NCBI RefSeq assembly: GCF_006345805.1
Contig: NC_042999.1
Coordinates: 89,962,001 to 90,026,000, forward strand
Reading direction: 5' to 3'
Length of the DNA stretch: 64,000 nt
From: Octopus sinensis
Lineage: Eukaryota
In this document: in pieces, positions 52,386 through 64,000 of the stretch
Position numbering within the stretch: position 1 is the first letter of the stretch
Layout: each line of letters opens with the position of its first letter
Program-made: the position numbers and the translations under genes
Notes under the pieces: generated by a model
Told to the model about the DNA's origin: nothing
Database searches by the model: none
What the model saw: only the letters and a program-made list of their open reading frames with translations

Positions 52386-53827
52386 CTGGAACTGATTATT
52401 CTCTTCAGAGCCAGAAAAATGTTTAAGTCTCCAGCGTTGTTAACATTCTGCATAACACAAGTCAGGTTCACAATGCACCATGGGGTATTACTTACACATC
52501 TGAAACGGTGCTGCTACAGCACACACTCTAGATCCTGGACCGCATCTAGAGAAGGGCCACTTGAGTGATTGGCTTTAAATCACTCATAAGCACATTCCAG
52601 CTTCTGACTCCTAGGTGTGCTGCCTCCTCTCTTTATGTCTTGCCTATTTTAACATTATTGTAATAGGCTTTATTCCTTAGAGCTGGCTAGTATTATTCCT
52701 CCCCAACTCAGGCACTTCTAAATCACTTGTCTCCCCACCTCTCACTACCCTTCTTGCATCACTCCCGCTGAGGCCCAGCTCTGACTACTATGTCCAAACT
52801 TTTCTCCCCAGAACACCAGATCTCTGGAATCTCCTCCCAGCCTTTACATGGTGTAGGTTGTTATTGTTGAACCACCTAATATGATTCACTCAGAAAGCTG
52901 TGATCTCATTTGGTAGTAGACCCGGATGAAGAACATATCAACTAGGTTGTAACCTTAAACACGTTTATTGTGGCCACACGTATATACACAACTAATGATA
53001 AACAAAATGGTTGGCGTACTGAGACCATGGTCTTCTGTGCCTTGCTCCTGTCTGACCTGTTGTATAAGAGAAACCCCAATTTAGTTACGTCCTCACTGCT
53101 CGCGTGTCAGTGCAGAAAAAAAAAAGAGAAAAGAGTGTTTGAACCTTTATGTTGTGTAACGCCCTCTATATCTTTGCTTGACTCACTGTCAAGTGGGGCA
53201 ACTGCGCCTACAGAATCCCATGTCTTTCCTGCCAGTGCCGACTTGCAACGGTTCGAATAGAACATTAACAGTTTCAGTCTCACCGGTCTTGGAGAGCCTG
53301 CGGTTATTATCGACACTATTCTTGCCTTCAGACCAAGCAAGTAAAGTAAAATAAAATATGAAAATATAAATTTTTCAAGAATTGGTTAAGGTGTTGAAGG
53401 AAATATCAAGAGGAAAAAGTAATACTGAGGGCGTTGGTTTGTTTGCAGTGGATCTTATTACCGGGGAGGGCACGCAGAATGAGACGCAATACCAAATAAT
53501 AAAATTGCAACGGACTGTCGCCTACGTCAGTCCAAGTGACATTGCCCTCCTCTGCCGTTCAAACGTTGAGATCAAACATTGTTATTGTCGATCCCCTTGC
53601 TCCGCTGTCGAGGTCTTGAAGAGAGTTGGTCGTGTTCAGTCTGCGTTGTCTTTTTCGACCTTAACGCCATGAGCGTCCCTATAAGGAGTACAAAACTTCC
53701 GACGACGACAATATCAACATCATTGAACCACGTAAGCCCTCCACCACCACAAAAAAGCGAAAGTAAATTGACAATAAAAAATATTAATTACTCAAAATAC
53801 CGACACAGTCCCCCACTCACTTGAACA

Positions 53828-54009
53828 GGCGATCCTTCGGTATAGGTACCGTAAGTACGGGAAGTGGCTTTGTTTACATTGCTGAAGATAACAGAAACCC
53901 TTTTCTCCCCCCGCCTACCCCTAACCTACCCCCCCCCCCCCATATATATAAAAGAAACACTTTCTTGAAATGTATCCGGTACTTCCGGTACCTATACCGA
54001 AGTTACGCC
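53828..54009. mobile_element. Merlin-like MITE
   Basis: Termini GGCG..CGCC, 24-bp inverted core (53835-53858 / 53979-54002), 8-bp TSD cttgaaca. Confidence 0.65.
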
Positions 54010-54192
54010 CTTGAACATTATAACAAAGAATAATGACATTTCCATCCAAAAAAGTTCAAGGCAACCTAGAGCATTCACATTACTGTGCTGAGAGACAATG
54101 AAAAATATCATATGATATTTCGGGAAGATAAGATTTCCACAATGACAAAAATTACTTGTCAACGACCCAGCTTTTCTCAAGAAAACTAAAGG

Positions 54193-54284
54193 CACTAGCG
54201 TAGCTAGAGTGTGTGTCGCCGGGGCAGCCCTGCCGTTTGTTGACAGCAGACCAAAAGTACCGCCCCCTACTAGCTACGCTAGTG
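54193..54284. mobile_element. 92-bp hAT-like MITE
   Basis: 15-bp TIR cactagcgtagctag / ctagctacgctagtg; 8-bp TSD actaaagg / actaaaag. Confidence 0.7.
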
Positions 54285-54983
54285 ACTAAAAGTGCATGTG
54301 AAGCCGGAGCGTATATTACGGGTGTGCTAAGTGTACTCTGCACACCCATCAAAAATGGCAAATTCATTTTAACTATTAACCTATTAACCTTAATCATAAA
54401 TCTAAATAGAAAACTTTTGTTATACTCCCTTCTTGAAATTTGGTGGCAACACACCCAATATATAACAACCACAATAAACCATATGTGAAGTGACGGAGGA
54501 TTGAAACTGGGACACATAATCAACTCACTAACAATTAATTGCTATACTATATTTTATGCCTTAAATGTATAAATAACATCCTATCTATCTGCTTGAGTCG
54601 TTTGTATCTACTTACAGCTGACACTAATCTGTAAAAGAGCTGATAAGTTTTATCAACTGTCAGATACTATACTTATTTTTAACATGGAGAGCATCACGTA
54701 TGGAATAGTTTTTATTTTTATACTTAGATAATTTATAAATGATATTTTTACTTATTAAGATTAAAAAAATCAATATTTCTGTATTTCACATAAATGTTTA
54801 TTTACAATTATCATGTAATCAGTAAAAATACTGGTAACAATTGCTTTATATAGGCATGTGGTGCATCATGCAGGATACTATATATTCAGTTCCTTTTTTT
54901 TTTTTTTTGTCACATGGTCATAGTTTCTGTGTTCAGCGCAAGTTCTGTTTGTCGCAACTCGGATTCTTTCACAGTTGTTGACA

Positions 54984-56150
54984 ATGTATGTGAAAATAAT
55001 AACCATTCTAATCTTTGTGACTGTTGTCTCAGGCTTCGTTTTAAAGCCGTTTGATGGCAAATGTGTTACGGATGCTTATCCACCAAAATCTTCCACTACT
55101 GTCCCGAACTTGACTATCAACTTAGATCTACCTGCTCACGACCGATGGAAAGAAGTAGCTATAAAGTATAAAGATTCTATGAAAAGTCTCATCGGAGATC
55201 TCAAGAAACTGGTGGGAAGCGTACCCGTTGTGGGAGACTTAATCATCAAAATTATTGATAATGAATTTGAGAAAATTATCCCCACACTTCCCGCTCCTTA
55301 CGCTGATGAACTGTTGGGTATGGCCGATTACTCTGGTATCAACCGCGGCGAGATACTCTTATATAACATCTTCTACGAAGTATTTACGGTGTGCACATCG
55401 ATCATTGCTGAAGACAAGAATGGTGAGTTGTTTCATGCTCGAAATCTTGACTTCGGTTTATTTATGGGATGGGACCTTAAAAAAAATGACTGGGCCATTA
55501 CAGAGGCCCTTCGGCCCATGATTATGAACTTGGATTTTCAGAAAAACAACAAAACTGTTTTTAAATCTGCAAGCTTTGCTGGTTACATCGGAGTCCTGAG
55601 CGGTGTAAAACCAGGTGTCATTTCACTCACTTTAAACGAAAGATTCCAACTTAAAGGTGGCTTTATTGGAATAATACAGTGGCTGTTGGGTCAAAGAACA
55701 GCTAAATGGTCAAGTTTTTTAACGAGGGACACCCTTACATCTGCAACTTCCTATCAAATGGCTAAAACTGAGCTGTCCAAGACGGAACTACTAGCACCCG
55801 TATATTTCATCTTAGGTGGAACAAAGTCTAAAGAAGGATGTGTTATCACAAGATCCCTAAATAAGACTGATAATATATGGGAAATGTCTGCAGCGGGTGG
55901 CTGGTACATACTGGAGACAAATTACGATCACTGGTTGCCTCCACTGTTTATCGATGATCGCCGAACCCCAGCTACGTTGTGTATGAATGAACTCACTCAA
56001 AATAACCTTACAATGGCTGGACTTTACAACGTACTCAGTACAAAACCAGTACTCAACAAACTTACAACATACACTGCATTAATGCAGGCAAAAAGTGGAT
56101 CTTTAGAAACACACATCCAAAAGTGTCCTGATCCTTGCTGGCCTTGGTAA
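54984..56150 (+). CDS. ASAH1: Acid ceramidase (N-acylsphingosine amidohydrolase), single coding exon, 388 aa
   Basis: Signal peptide, INLDLPAHDRW, YNIFYEVFTV/CTSII (Ntn nucleophile Cys), HARNLDFG, LETNYDHW, DDRRTPA, LNKLTTYT, terminal CPDPCWPW; AATAAA at 56354. Confidence 0.95.
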   Translation: MYVKIITILIFVTVVSGFVLKPFDGKCVTDAYPPKSSTTVPNLTINLDLPAHDRWKEVAIKYKDSMKSLIGDLKKLVGSVPVVGDLIIKIIDNEFEKIIPTLPAPYADELLGMADYSGINRGEILLYNIFYEVFTVCTSIIAEDKNGELFHARNLDFGLFMGWDLKKNDWAITEALRPMIMNLDFQKNNKTVFKSASFAGYIGVLSGVKPGVISLTLNERFQLKGGFIGIIQWLLGQRTAKWSSFLTRDTLTSATSYQMAKTELSKTELLAPVYFILGGTKSKEGCVITRSLNKTDNIWEMSAAGGWYILETNYDHWLPPLFIDDRRTPATLCMNELTQNNLTMAGLYNVLSTKPVLNKLTTYTALMQAKSGSLETHIQKCPDPCWPW

Positions 56151-57052
56151 CAAAATATTTTAAGTAATATTTTTTATAAAAATGAAATTCTAGTTTTACT
56201 GCTTTCTTTTTGTGATGATACTACTTAATTTTCCATAAACTCTAAACTGTCGCAGCTGAGTGTCTTAACGTTTTAATTTTCTTTTCTAATTTGTCTTGTT
56301 TTGTTTGGAAATTTTTTTATTGTAAAAACTTTCAAATACCAAGTTATTTTTGTAATAAATATTTTCTATATCATTAAATCTAGACGTTATTTTATTGCAT
56401 CCTACTTAACACAAACCACAACTGACCTCACCACCTGACTGAAAGAGTTTGGGCGTGGTGTGTTTGTTTATTTGTTTTGTTTCTTTTCTGACGATAGTGG
56501 AGTTTCGAAAATATCTTGTGAAATTATGCAGCTATGTGAATAAACCATTTTTAATTAATACGACAGCGAAAAGTAAAGTTACGCACTGGGGTCGATGTAT
56601 TCGACTTAATCCCTTTGTCTATCCTGCACTACTATAACGAAGGATGCTACTATAACTCGTTCACTATTTGGCATCAAACGTTTTCGAGAACCTTTATCAT
56701 GATACTGTATTTTTACCGATATTTCTACTGTATGAAGACGAAAAAATAATAATGATACTTAATTTCACCAAACACCTTAAGTTTCATCACGCTTCGTAAC
56801 CATGGGAGACCAGTATTTATTTACTTACGGTCCAGTTTGATGGAAATAGCTATCATGAGTTTGTTGTCTTTTAGAGCCAGGTCATCCCCGATAATCAAAG
56901 GAGCTCCGATCATGACTACTCTGTCTTTCTGTATATAGAACTGCATTATTAGTGTGTCCTTCCATTTTTAAATTGGTAGGATGTTGAGGGAATTTTGGTT
57001 GCTATTTCTACCCGTTCGAACGACCGCGTAGATGTCTTCTTGTCTCGTAATT

Positions 57053-57612
57053 GTTAATAATAATAATAATAATAATTGTGTACAGTGCTCAGGTGCACTA
57101 CAACTCATCTAAAGTGTATATATAATCAGGTGTAGTTTCGGTGGATTTCGGAAAGCATGAGGGCCTTAAAAGATGCAGTGTCATGGCAGTCAACAACTGA
57201 CGCAGGCAGTTTATTCCATGCTTCAGCAACTCTGAGCGTGAAAAAATGTTTCCGAAAGTCATGAGAGCTGTATTGTTTTCTGACTTTGTAGGCATGTCCA
57301 CGTGTGTTAGACACATGGAGATCAAAAAGGTGTTCAGTGTTGTTGTTGGTGAGGTGGTTGATAATTTTGTGGGTGTTTACCAAGTCCGTCGCCAGACGCC
57401 GGAGCTTCAGTGAATCCATGCCCAGGGAAACAAGGCGCTCAGAATATGGTAGGTGTCTGATGGAGGGTATGCGTTTGGTTGCACGTCTCTGGACAGATTC
57501 CAGGAGGTCAATGTTCTGTGCAAGATAGGGGTTCCAAACTGATGATGCAAATTCCAAGTGTGGTCGTACCATAGCTGTATACAGTTTTAAATAGATGGCT
57601 GGAGAGCGGCTA
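57053..57612 (-). mobile_element. CR1/L2 LINE 3' fragment
   Basis: MVRPHLEFASSVWNPY, LESVQRRATK, TRGH, FFTLRVAEAWNKLP; (ATT)n tail. Confidence 0.88.
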
Positions 57613-58689
57613 GGCTGTTATCAACAAATGTTTAGATAACTAACTACTATTTTGCTTAGTTGTACACAAATTTCATAGCCTTTTTGCTCAATGTTTCTCT
57701 TTTCGATTGAAACCAGTTGTATTTTACTACTTGATCCTACTTTTATTTGAAAGCTTTCAACTACTGATCACATCACTTAAAATTAACATTTTCGTTTAAA
57801 AAAAAAAACAACAAAATTATTCAAACAGGTTAATTTTCAAGGTTTTATCTAAATTCTCACATACTATTCCATCCAACGTTCTTTTTTTTTTTCTTTTTTA
57901 GATATTTAAGTGGGCTAGTGACACCTCAAGAGGAGGTGCTAAAAAGTTCCTGGCTTTGGGTAAAAGAAAATACGGGAGGAACAGCTAGTTATGATTTTTA
58001 TTCAAGATTTCAGTTTGTATCGGCAAAGTTTTTAATTATTAGTATCAGGTGTGGCTTAGGTCACGGGCAGGTAGAATCATTAGCACGGCGGACAAAATGC
58101 TTATCGGCATTTCGTTCGTCTTTTGTTCTCAGATTCACAGTGGTCCTTCAGTTCTTCTAAGCCCCATAAAAGAACTCAGAAGGTTAGGCCTCCAACTAGG
58201 CTTTTAGCGATACTTTTAAAGCCATGAACTTTTCAGCACCCAGTCATATATAACACTTCGTTTTTGTATTTGGTTTGCCAGATTCTTGATGTGAATTTGT
58301 GTGTTGAAGCAAATCTTGTGTTGCGGGGGGTCATTATGCCAAATAAAATTAAAACAAACACACGCACTGTTTCAATGCCATTTCTTTATTTTACCTACCA
58401 AGTATTGAATTGTTTAGTTGGTAAAAATAAAGTGGTATTGAACCAGTGCATGTGATTATATAACTCTTAAGGCACAAAGCTCGTAATTTTGAAGGAAAGG
58501 TGTAGTCAGTACTATTATCTCCAGAACTAGCCCCTGGGGTATGACAGGCCAAGCTAATTTCAGCAGTATTTTAACTCAGAATATAAATATCAGGAACAAA
58601 TACCAGGCTGTATTTTCTCCAGCATGCTTACAATTCTGCCAGTATGCTACCTTGTGGGTTTATGTAATGGAATTTGGTCCTCATCTATC

Positions 58690-59050
58690 TTCTAAATTCG
58701 TGTGGCTTCCTTGTATCTTGTCTATAAGTATTTTCATGGACATTATTCTACTGAGCTATATTCTCTGGTTCCTCCTTTAAGAACTTATCAGCGATCAACT
58801 AGACTTGCATCCAGTTCTCATCAGTATGCTATGCAACTTCCTAAGTGTCATAAAACACTTTACAGTACCAGTTTCTTCCCTTGCACTTCTGAACTTTGGA
58901 ATTCCCTTCCACAGTCTTGTTCCCCTCTTCAACATGACCTCCAGTCTTTTAAGTCTAATGTACATTGTCACCTATTGACTTCTGTCTAGCATCCATTTTA
59001 TTCTAGTAGCTCTTGCATTTTTGGTGGTCTATGGACCTTGTAACGAGCAA
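58690..59050 (+). mobile_element. Jockey/CR1-like LINE 3' fragment
   Basis: ASL..YKYFHG..STELYSLVP..SFFPCTSELWNSLP..LQSFKSNV. Confidence 0.7.
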
Positions 59051-59055
59051 GTGCT

Positions 59056-59285
59056 TTAACCCTTTTGATACCAACCTGCCTGAAACCACCTCTGGCACTG
59101 TAGTGCGAATGTCTTGTTTTCAAAAGTTCTGAATTAAAATCTTCCTCCAAACCTTAGTCACAATTTATCTACCTAACACTAGTTTAATGATAACTAAGTT
59201 ACTTTACTAAATTCTTTGTTACATTTAAAATTAATTGAAAGACACACAGAGCATCTCAACAGAAATATGGTCAGAAAAGGGTTAA
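59056..59285. mobile_element. piggyBac-like MITE
   Basis: TTAA-ccctttt...aaaaggg-TTAA termini. Confidence 0.65.
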
Positions 59286-59802
59286 AGAAAGAAAAAGACA
59301 TTTATATTCTTAGTGCAAATAGATTTTTAAAAAAAGATTGGAATAAAGGGAATTACAATTTTACTTTTATATAAAATAGTATATTTTATTCCTGGTATTA
59401 ATGAATGAGACGGATATCAGTATTTGGTTACCTTTTAGAATAAAATAATAAAAAAAAAAACAAATGTAAAAATAATTTCAAATATTCAACAAATCATTAT
59501 TTTCCAAAACTATATTTAATAATTGAAAAATACTAATGACTGCCACATACTTCATAAAAGTTTGCTGATGTAAAAATATCAACTTCAATATTTAACAAAA
59601 AGAGCCTCCAGTTTCTTTTTTTAAATACTTATGTGTGTATCTTTGTGTTTGTCTCCTACACCACTTGACAACCAGTGTTATGTCCTTATAATAGAGAGAA
59701 AGATGATGATGGTAGTGGTGAAGGTGGCGATGGTGAGTGCATAGAAAAAAGGTTTTTTTTTTAAATTGAACTAAGTTTTTCATATCATTTATCACTTAAT
59801 GC

Positions 59803-60080
59803 ATGCACATCCCAAACTTGTCATTCACTTTAGAAAGAAACCAGTTTCCTGTTTGCCTGTCATATGCAGTTACTATAAATAAATCACAAGGGCAGACATT
59901 TAATAAAGTGGGACTGTTCTTGCCTGAACTTCTATTTGACCATGGTCAGCTATATGTTTCATTCTCAAGGCATGCAAATTATCTGATGTGAGAGTTAAAG
60001 TTATCAACACAGACAAACAACGGAAAAGAATAGGGAGAACTTTCATGAAGAACATAGTCTGCAAAGAAGTATTGGATTGA
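59803..60080 (+). pseudogene. Helitron PIF1-helicase C-terminal fragment
   Basis: QFPVCLSYAVTINKSQGQTF..VGL.L..FDHGQLYVSFSR; next frame KNIVCKEVL. Confidence 0.85.
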
Positions 60081-62939
60081 AAGGTATATGCAAATTGAAA
60101 TGTGTATTGGCTCTGACCCATTGCCTTGGCTTATAAGTTATGATGTGGCTTTCAGAGTATGCCATGTTGCATTAAATTTTTACCCATATGTGACCCACTA
60201 TATTTTACATATAAAATCATTTTCTTTTACCATAAAATTTTTCTTTTCTAGATATGAAATTGTGACCATGTAAATTTTAAAATGTAATTTTTTTACAGTG
60301 TCTGAGAAAAATGGTAAAATAAGAGCGAAATATTTATTTTATGAGTGCTATGTATTAAGTTTATAAAATTGTGCATTAAGTAATCATCATATTCCAATTT
60401 CCTTCACTTTTCAATGAATAGCTGATGAGTGACTGTCTTTTGATACAGACACAAAACAGGCTATGCTTTCGGGATTTTGGGACAAAGTTTTCAGGAATAA
60501 CTTTTAATTTCATGAAATATTCACAGATCCTGCTTGTACATTTATTATTACACTTAAGAGGATACTCCAACAAAGTTTCTGATTGTGACATGTGTTAGTA
60601 ATCACTATTACACAAAAAAAAACTATTCTGATTAAAAGTAATTGTAATCTCATGACTCCACCATTTATAGTTGTTAATCCCAACACATGACCTCAGACCA
60701 CAGTCATGTGCCAAACATGTTCAACTCAGGAATATTTTACAATAATATTTACATAATAGATCAAATGAATAAAGTTCAAAACTTTATTTCTTCGTTGTTT
60801 ATGAATGCACAAGTGAAACTAGATGATCAAAAGTCTATTTTTCAAGTATAAAACAATGTGCTGACCTCTTCTAAAGCATTCAAAGCAATGCAGAACGAAC
60901 AATATCTGCTGGGGAACTGAAAGTGTTCAAGGGTAATGTTGATTTGACACAAGATTTAAGAAGACCAGAGAAGGAAGGTATGACCATTCTAATGTAATGG
61001 TGATGATTTAGTCTTTGTATAGGGAAAATATCTATGTAATTAGAATTCTTGATATGTTTTTTCCTTTACAGTTAAGCTATGCTGGGATTACTACCTTAAA
61101 GTAATATTATATTTTTTGAACAGTAACACAGTGGAGGAAGTATATAGTATTTTTAATAAAAGTGAATATAATTTCAGGTTTTTTAATGGAACAAGAAGAA
61201 ATACACTCCCCCCCTTCACAATTTTAAGTAGGGATGTAGTTGATAGCTGTACTTTACTTTTCAACCTTGAAAGAAGAAAAGATAGTCAGCCGTAACAAAA
61301 TTTGATTCAGATAAAGATTTGTAAGGAAATGGCAAAAGACATGGACACTACTACATTGCAATTGTCTTCTAAACTATATAAACAATTTGCAATTCATCTC
61401 AATAAACTCTAAACATTTGTAACATTTCACATGTTAAAACAGTGCTAGCATCAGTTTTGATTTGATGCCAATAACAACTTGAACTAGACTGAACTCTCAC
61501 TGCTCAACTTTGTACTTACACACTGGGGAGAAAGGGAATATTATAGAATTGATATCATTATCCTCAAAGTTAAATTGTTGGACAAAACAAAGGTTAGGGA
61601 ACAACTTGGTGGCAGACAAAAATTTTGCCTGCATTCAAAATTAAAAACTACCCATTGATGGAAGTACTCTAAATAAACTCTAAGACAAAAAGTTATGTAA
61701 TATAAGTTGCTTCAACACCTAAAATATTTACAACATTATTGCTTAATGCAATATAACATTTTAATATTATTTAGTCTGGTCATATTGATACCTATGAATT
61801 TGTGTAATTAACAGTTTCTATATTTCCTCTTTGCCCCAACACTTAAATGCTGCAGACAATGCACATTTTTTAGTGCTGAGACTAGGTACCATGATAGAAT
61901 GAACCCCATACATTGTAAAATGGTTAGCAATATGAAGGACGTCCAACCATATATGAAGTAGTACCCAGACTAGTTCTGTAGCATGCCAATTGATGGCATT
62001 ACCTGGTTGCATGTGCAGTGTATAAATTTATTTAACAACTTGTTATACATACATACAAACATACTTATGCATATACACACATACAATCATCCATAGACTC
62101 ATGCAGATAGATACATATTGTAGAATAAAGTAGATTATATAATAAATTATAATTAAAGGTTATGAAAATATATGTCCTTGTTTTGCAACAGAAAAAGTTA
62201 GGGGAAATTGACAAAATGACACCATAATCTAGTATATTCAGTTTAAAAGTGTGCATACTAACTAGAAACATTTCCAAAAACAGAAAACCCAACCATTTGG
62301 ATATAAAGATAGTTGATAAATGGAAGTAAAATTAAAATGGTATGAAAATAAAATAAAATTTGCAAGAATTTGTTAAGAACTGTTAGGTGATTGGAAAAAC
62401 CACTTTAAATATAATGTATACTAGCTCATTACTTGTTGCTACACTGCTAGTAAAAATATTTACTAAACATGTAGTCTGTTTTTGTTTTGTCTATATGTTG
62501 AAAGACATACAGAAACACACACAAATAACCAAATAAAAAGTAACTATATGTATTGTATATATGCATATAGTCTTTTTCTGAAGTCTGTGTTATGTTGACT
62601 TGCACTTAATATTCCCTCATTTTTAATCAAAACTTGTTAGTCACTAAGGTGACAACATTACCTATTTATCTATCTTTCCAACACACGTATGCTCTCTCTC
62701 TCAACAACTTTTTCTCCTCTCCTCCTTCCCTCTCTCTGCACTGATGTTGTTATGGACAGACAGATAGAGAACAGCTTCTCTTTATAATATAAGATTGCGG
62801 TGCAAAAATGTGTATCACAAAGTCTGAAAAAGATGGGTTGTGAGGTCAGAAACACTATAAAGTGCCAGCAAAAACAAAGTTGTATAAAAGGAATCAGGTT
62901 ATTTTAGAAGATAAATAACATTTGGGGAAACTTATATGG

Positions 62940-63975
62940 ATATGGAATCAACAGAAATGAATTTAGTGTACCAAGGCTCAGTTCTCAGCCTACTCTTATT
63001 CATTATACTCCTCCAGGCCATAACAGAGGAATTAAAAACTGGATGCCCATGGAAACTGTTATATGCTAATGACCTTGCCCTTATTACAGAATCTTTAGGA
63101 GAATTGGAGAAGAAATTCCAGGTATGGAAGCAAAACATAGAATTAAAGTTAACCTAGCAAAGACCGAAGTTGTTGTTAGTAAGGAAGAAGTCCTTCTGTC
63201 AGGTAAATGGTCCTGCTCAATATATAGGAAAGGAGTTGGAAGAAATTCCACTCACTGCACCCAGTGTAAGCTATGGACACATAAGAGGTGCAGTGGAATC
63301 ACAAGTAGATTAACAGATAAAGTTGTCTTAGTATACAGCAGATGTGCAGGAACAATTAGTACTAAGAGCACACAAGACTTAGATTCTCTCAAATTCCCAG
63401 GAGGCTCTCTTGAGGTTGTAGATAGTTTCTGTTACCTAGGCAACCAAATTAACAATGATGGAGGAAGCTCTGAAAGTATTGTTTCTAGAATAAGAATAGG
63501 GTGGAGGTAATTCAGAGAGCTATTACCTCTGTTGGCAACAAAAGGACTCTCTCTTGGAGTGAAAGGTACACTATGATGCTTGTGTGTGAACAGCTATACT
63601 CCATGGTAGTGAGATATGGGCTCTGAATGCAAAAGGATTGTGTAGACTGGAGAGAAATGACAGCAGTATGCTCTGTTGGATGTGCAACATCAGTGTGCAT
63701 GTACGACAAAAGTTGGGTATAAGAGGTATCAAATGTAGCATGCAAGAGAGAAGACTACATTGGTTTAGATATGGGATGCATATGAATGAGGACAGCTGCA
63801 TAAAGAAGTGCCAATCACTGAAAGTGGATGGCACCTGCGGACGTGCGAGACCCAGGAAACATGGAATGAAGTGGTAAGGACCGATCTCGGGATTTTGGAC
63901 CTCATGAATGAAATGACAATGGACCGACATGTCTGGCAATATAAGGTTCTTGAGAAAACCTGCCCATGTCAGCGA
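62940..63975 (+). mobile_element. RTE-clade LINE 3' part, decayed
   Basis: VYQGSVLSLLLF, LLYANDL, VNLAKTEV, FCYLG, RIRIGW, ERRLHWF, GRARPRK. Confidence 0.85.
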
Positions 63976-64000
63976 AACTGAGTTCTAGAAGCGCTATGTT

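Noticed and set aside
54975-54983. TTG start given in the ORF track for acid ceramidase
   Set aside because: The ATG at 54984 gives a proper signal peptide and is the likely eukaryotic start.

Overview
AT-rich, microsatellite-rich eukaryotic DNA made almost entirely of nested transposable elements. The repeat families suggest an octopus/cephalopod genome; this is inference from recalled SINE and PLE families. Only one clear host gene is present: an intronless, intact acid ceramidase (ASAH1-like, 54984-56150, +). Mobile elements include a young, nearly intact Ty3/Gypsy provirus with apparently identical LTRs inserted in a SINE, several decayed Gypsy copies, a full-length mariner, CR1/L2, Tx1/L1, RTE and R4-type LINE fragments, two kinds of Penelope-like elements (PLEs), tRNA-derived SINEs, MITEs and a Helitron helicase fragment. 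The most striking hidden layer is a set of about 13 type-I hammerhead ribozyme (HHR) or HHR-like motifs from roughly seven or more different repeat families. Most have a minimal, often palindromic stem III, and they sit in tandem or inverted repeat units, often abutting (TA)n tracts. All alignments and folds were done by eye.
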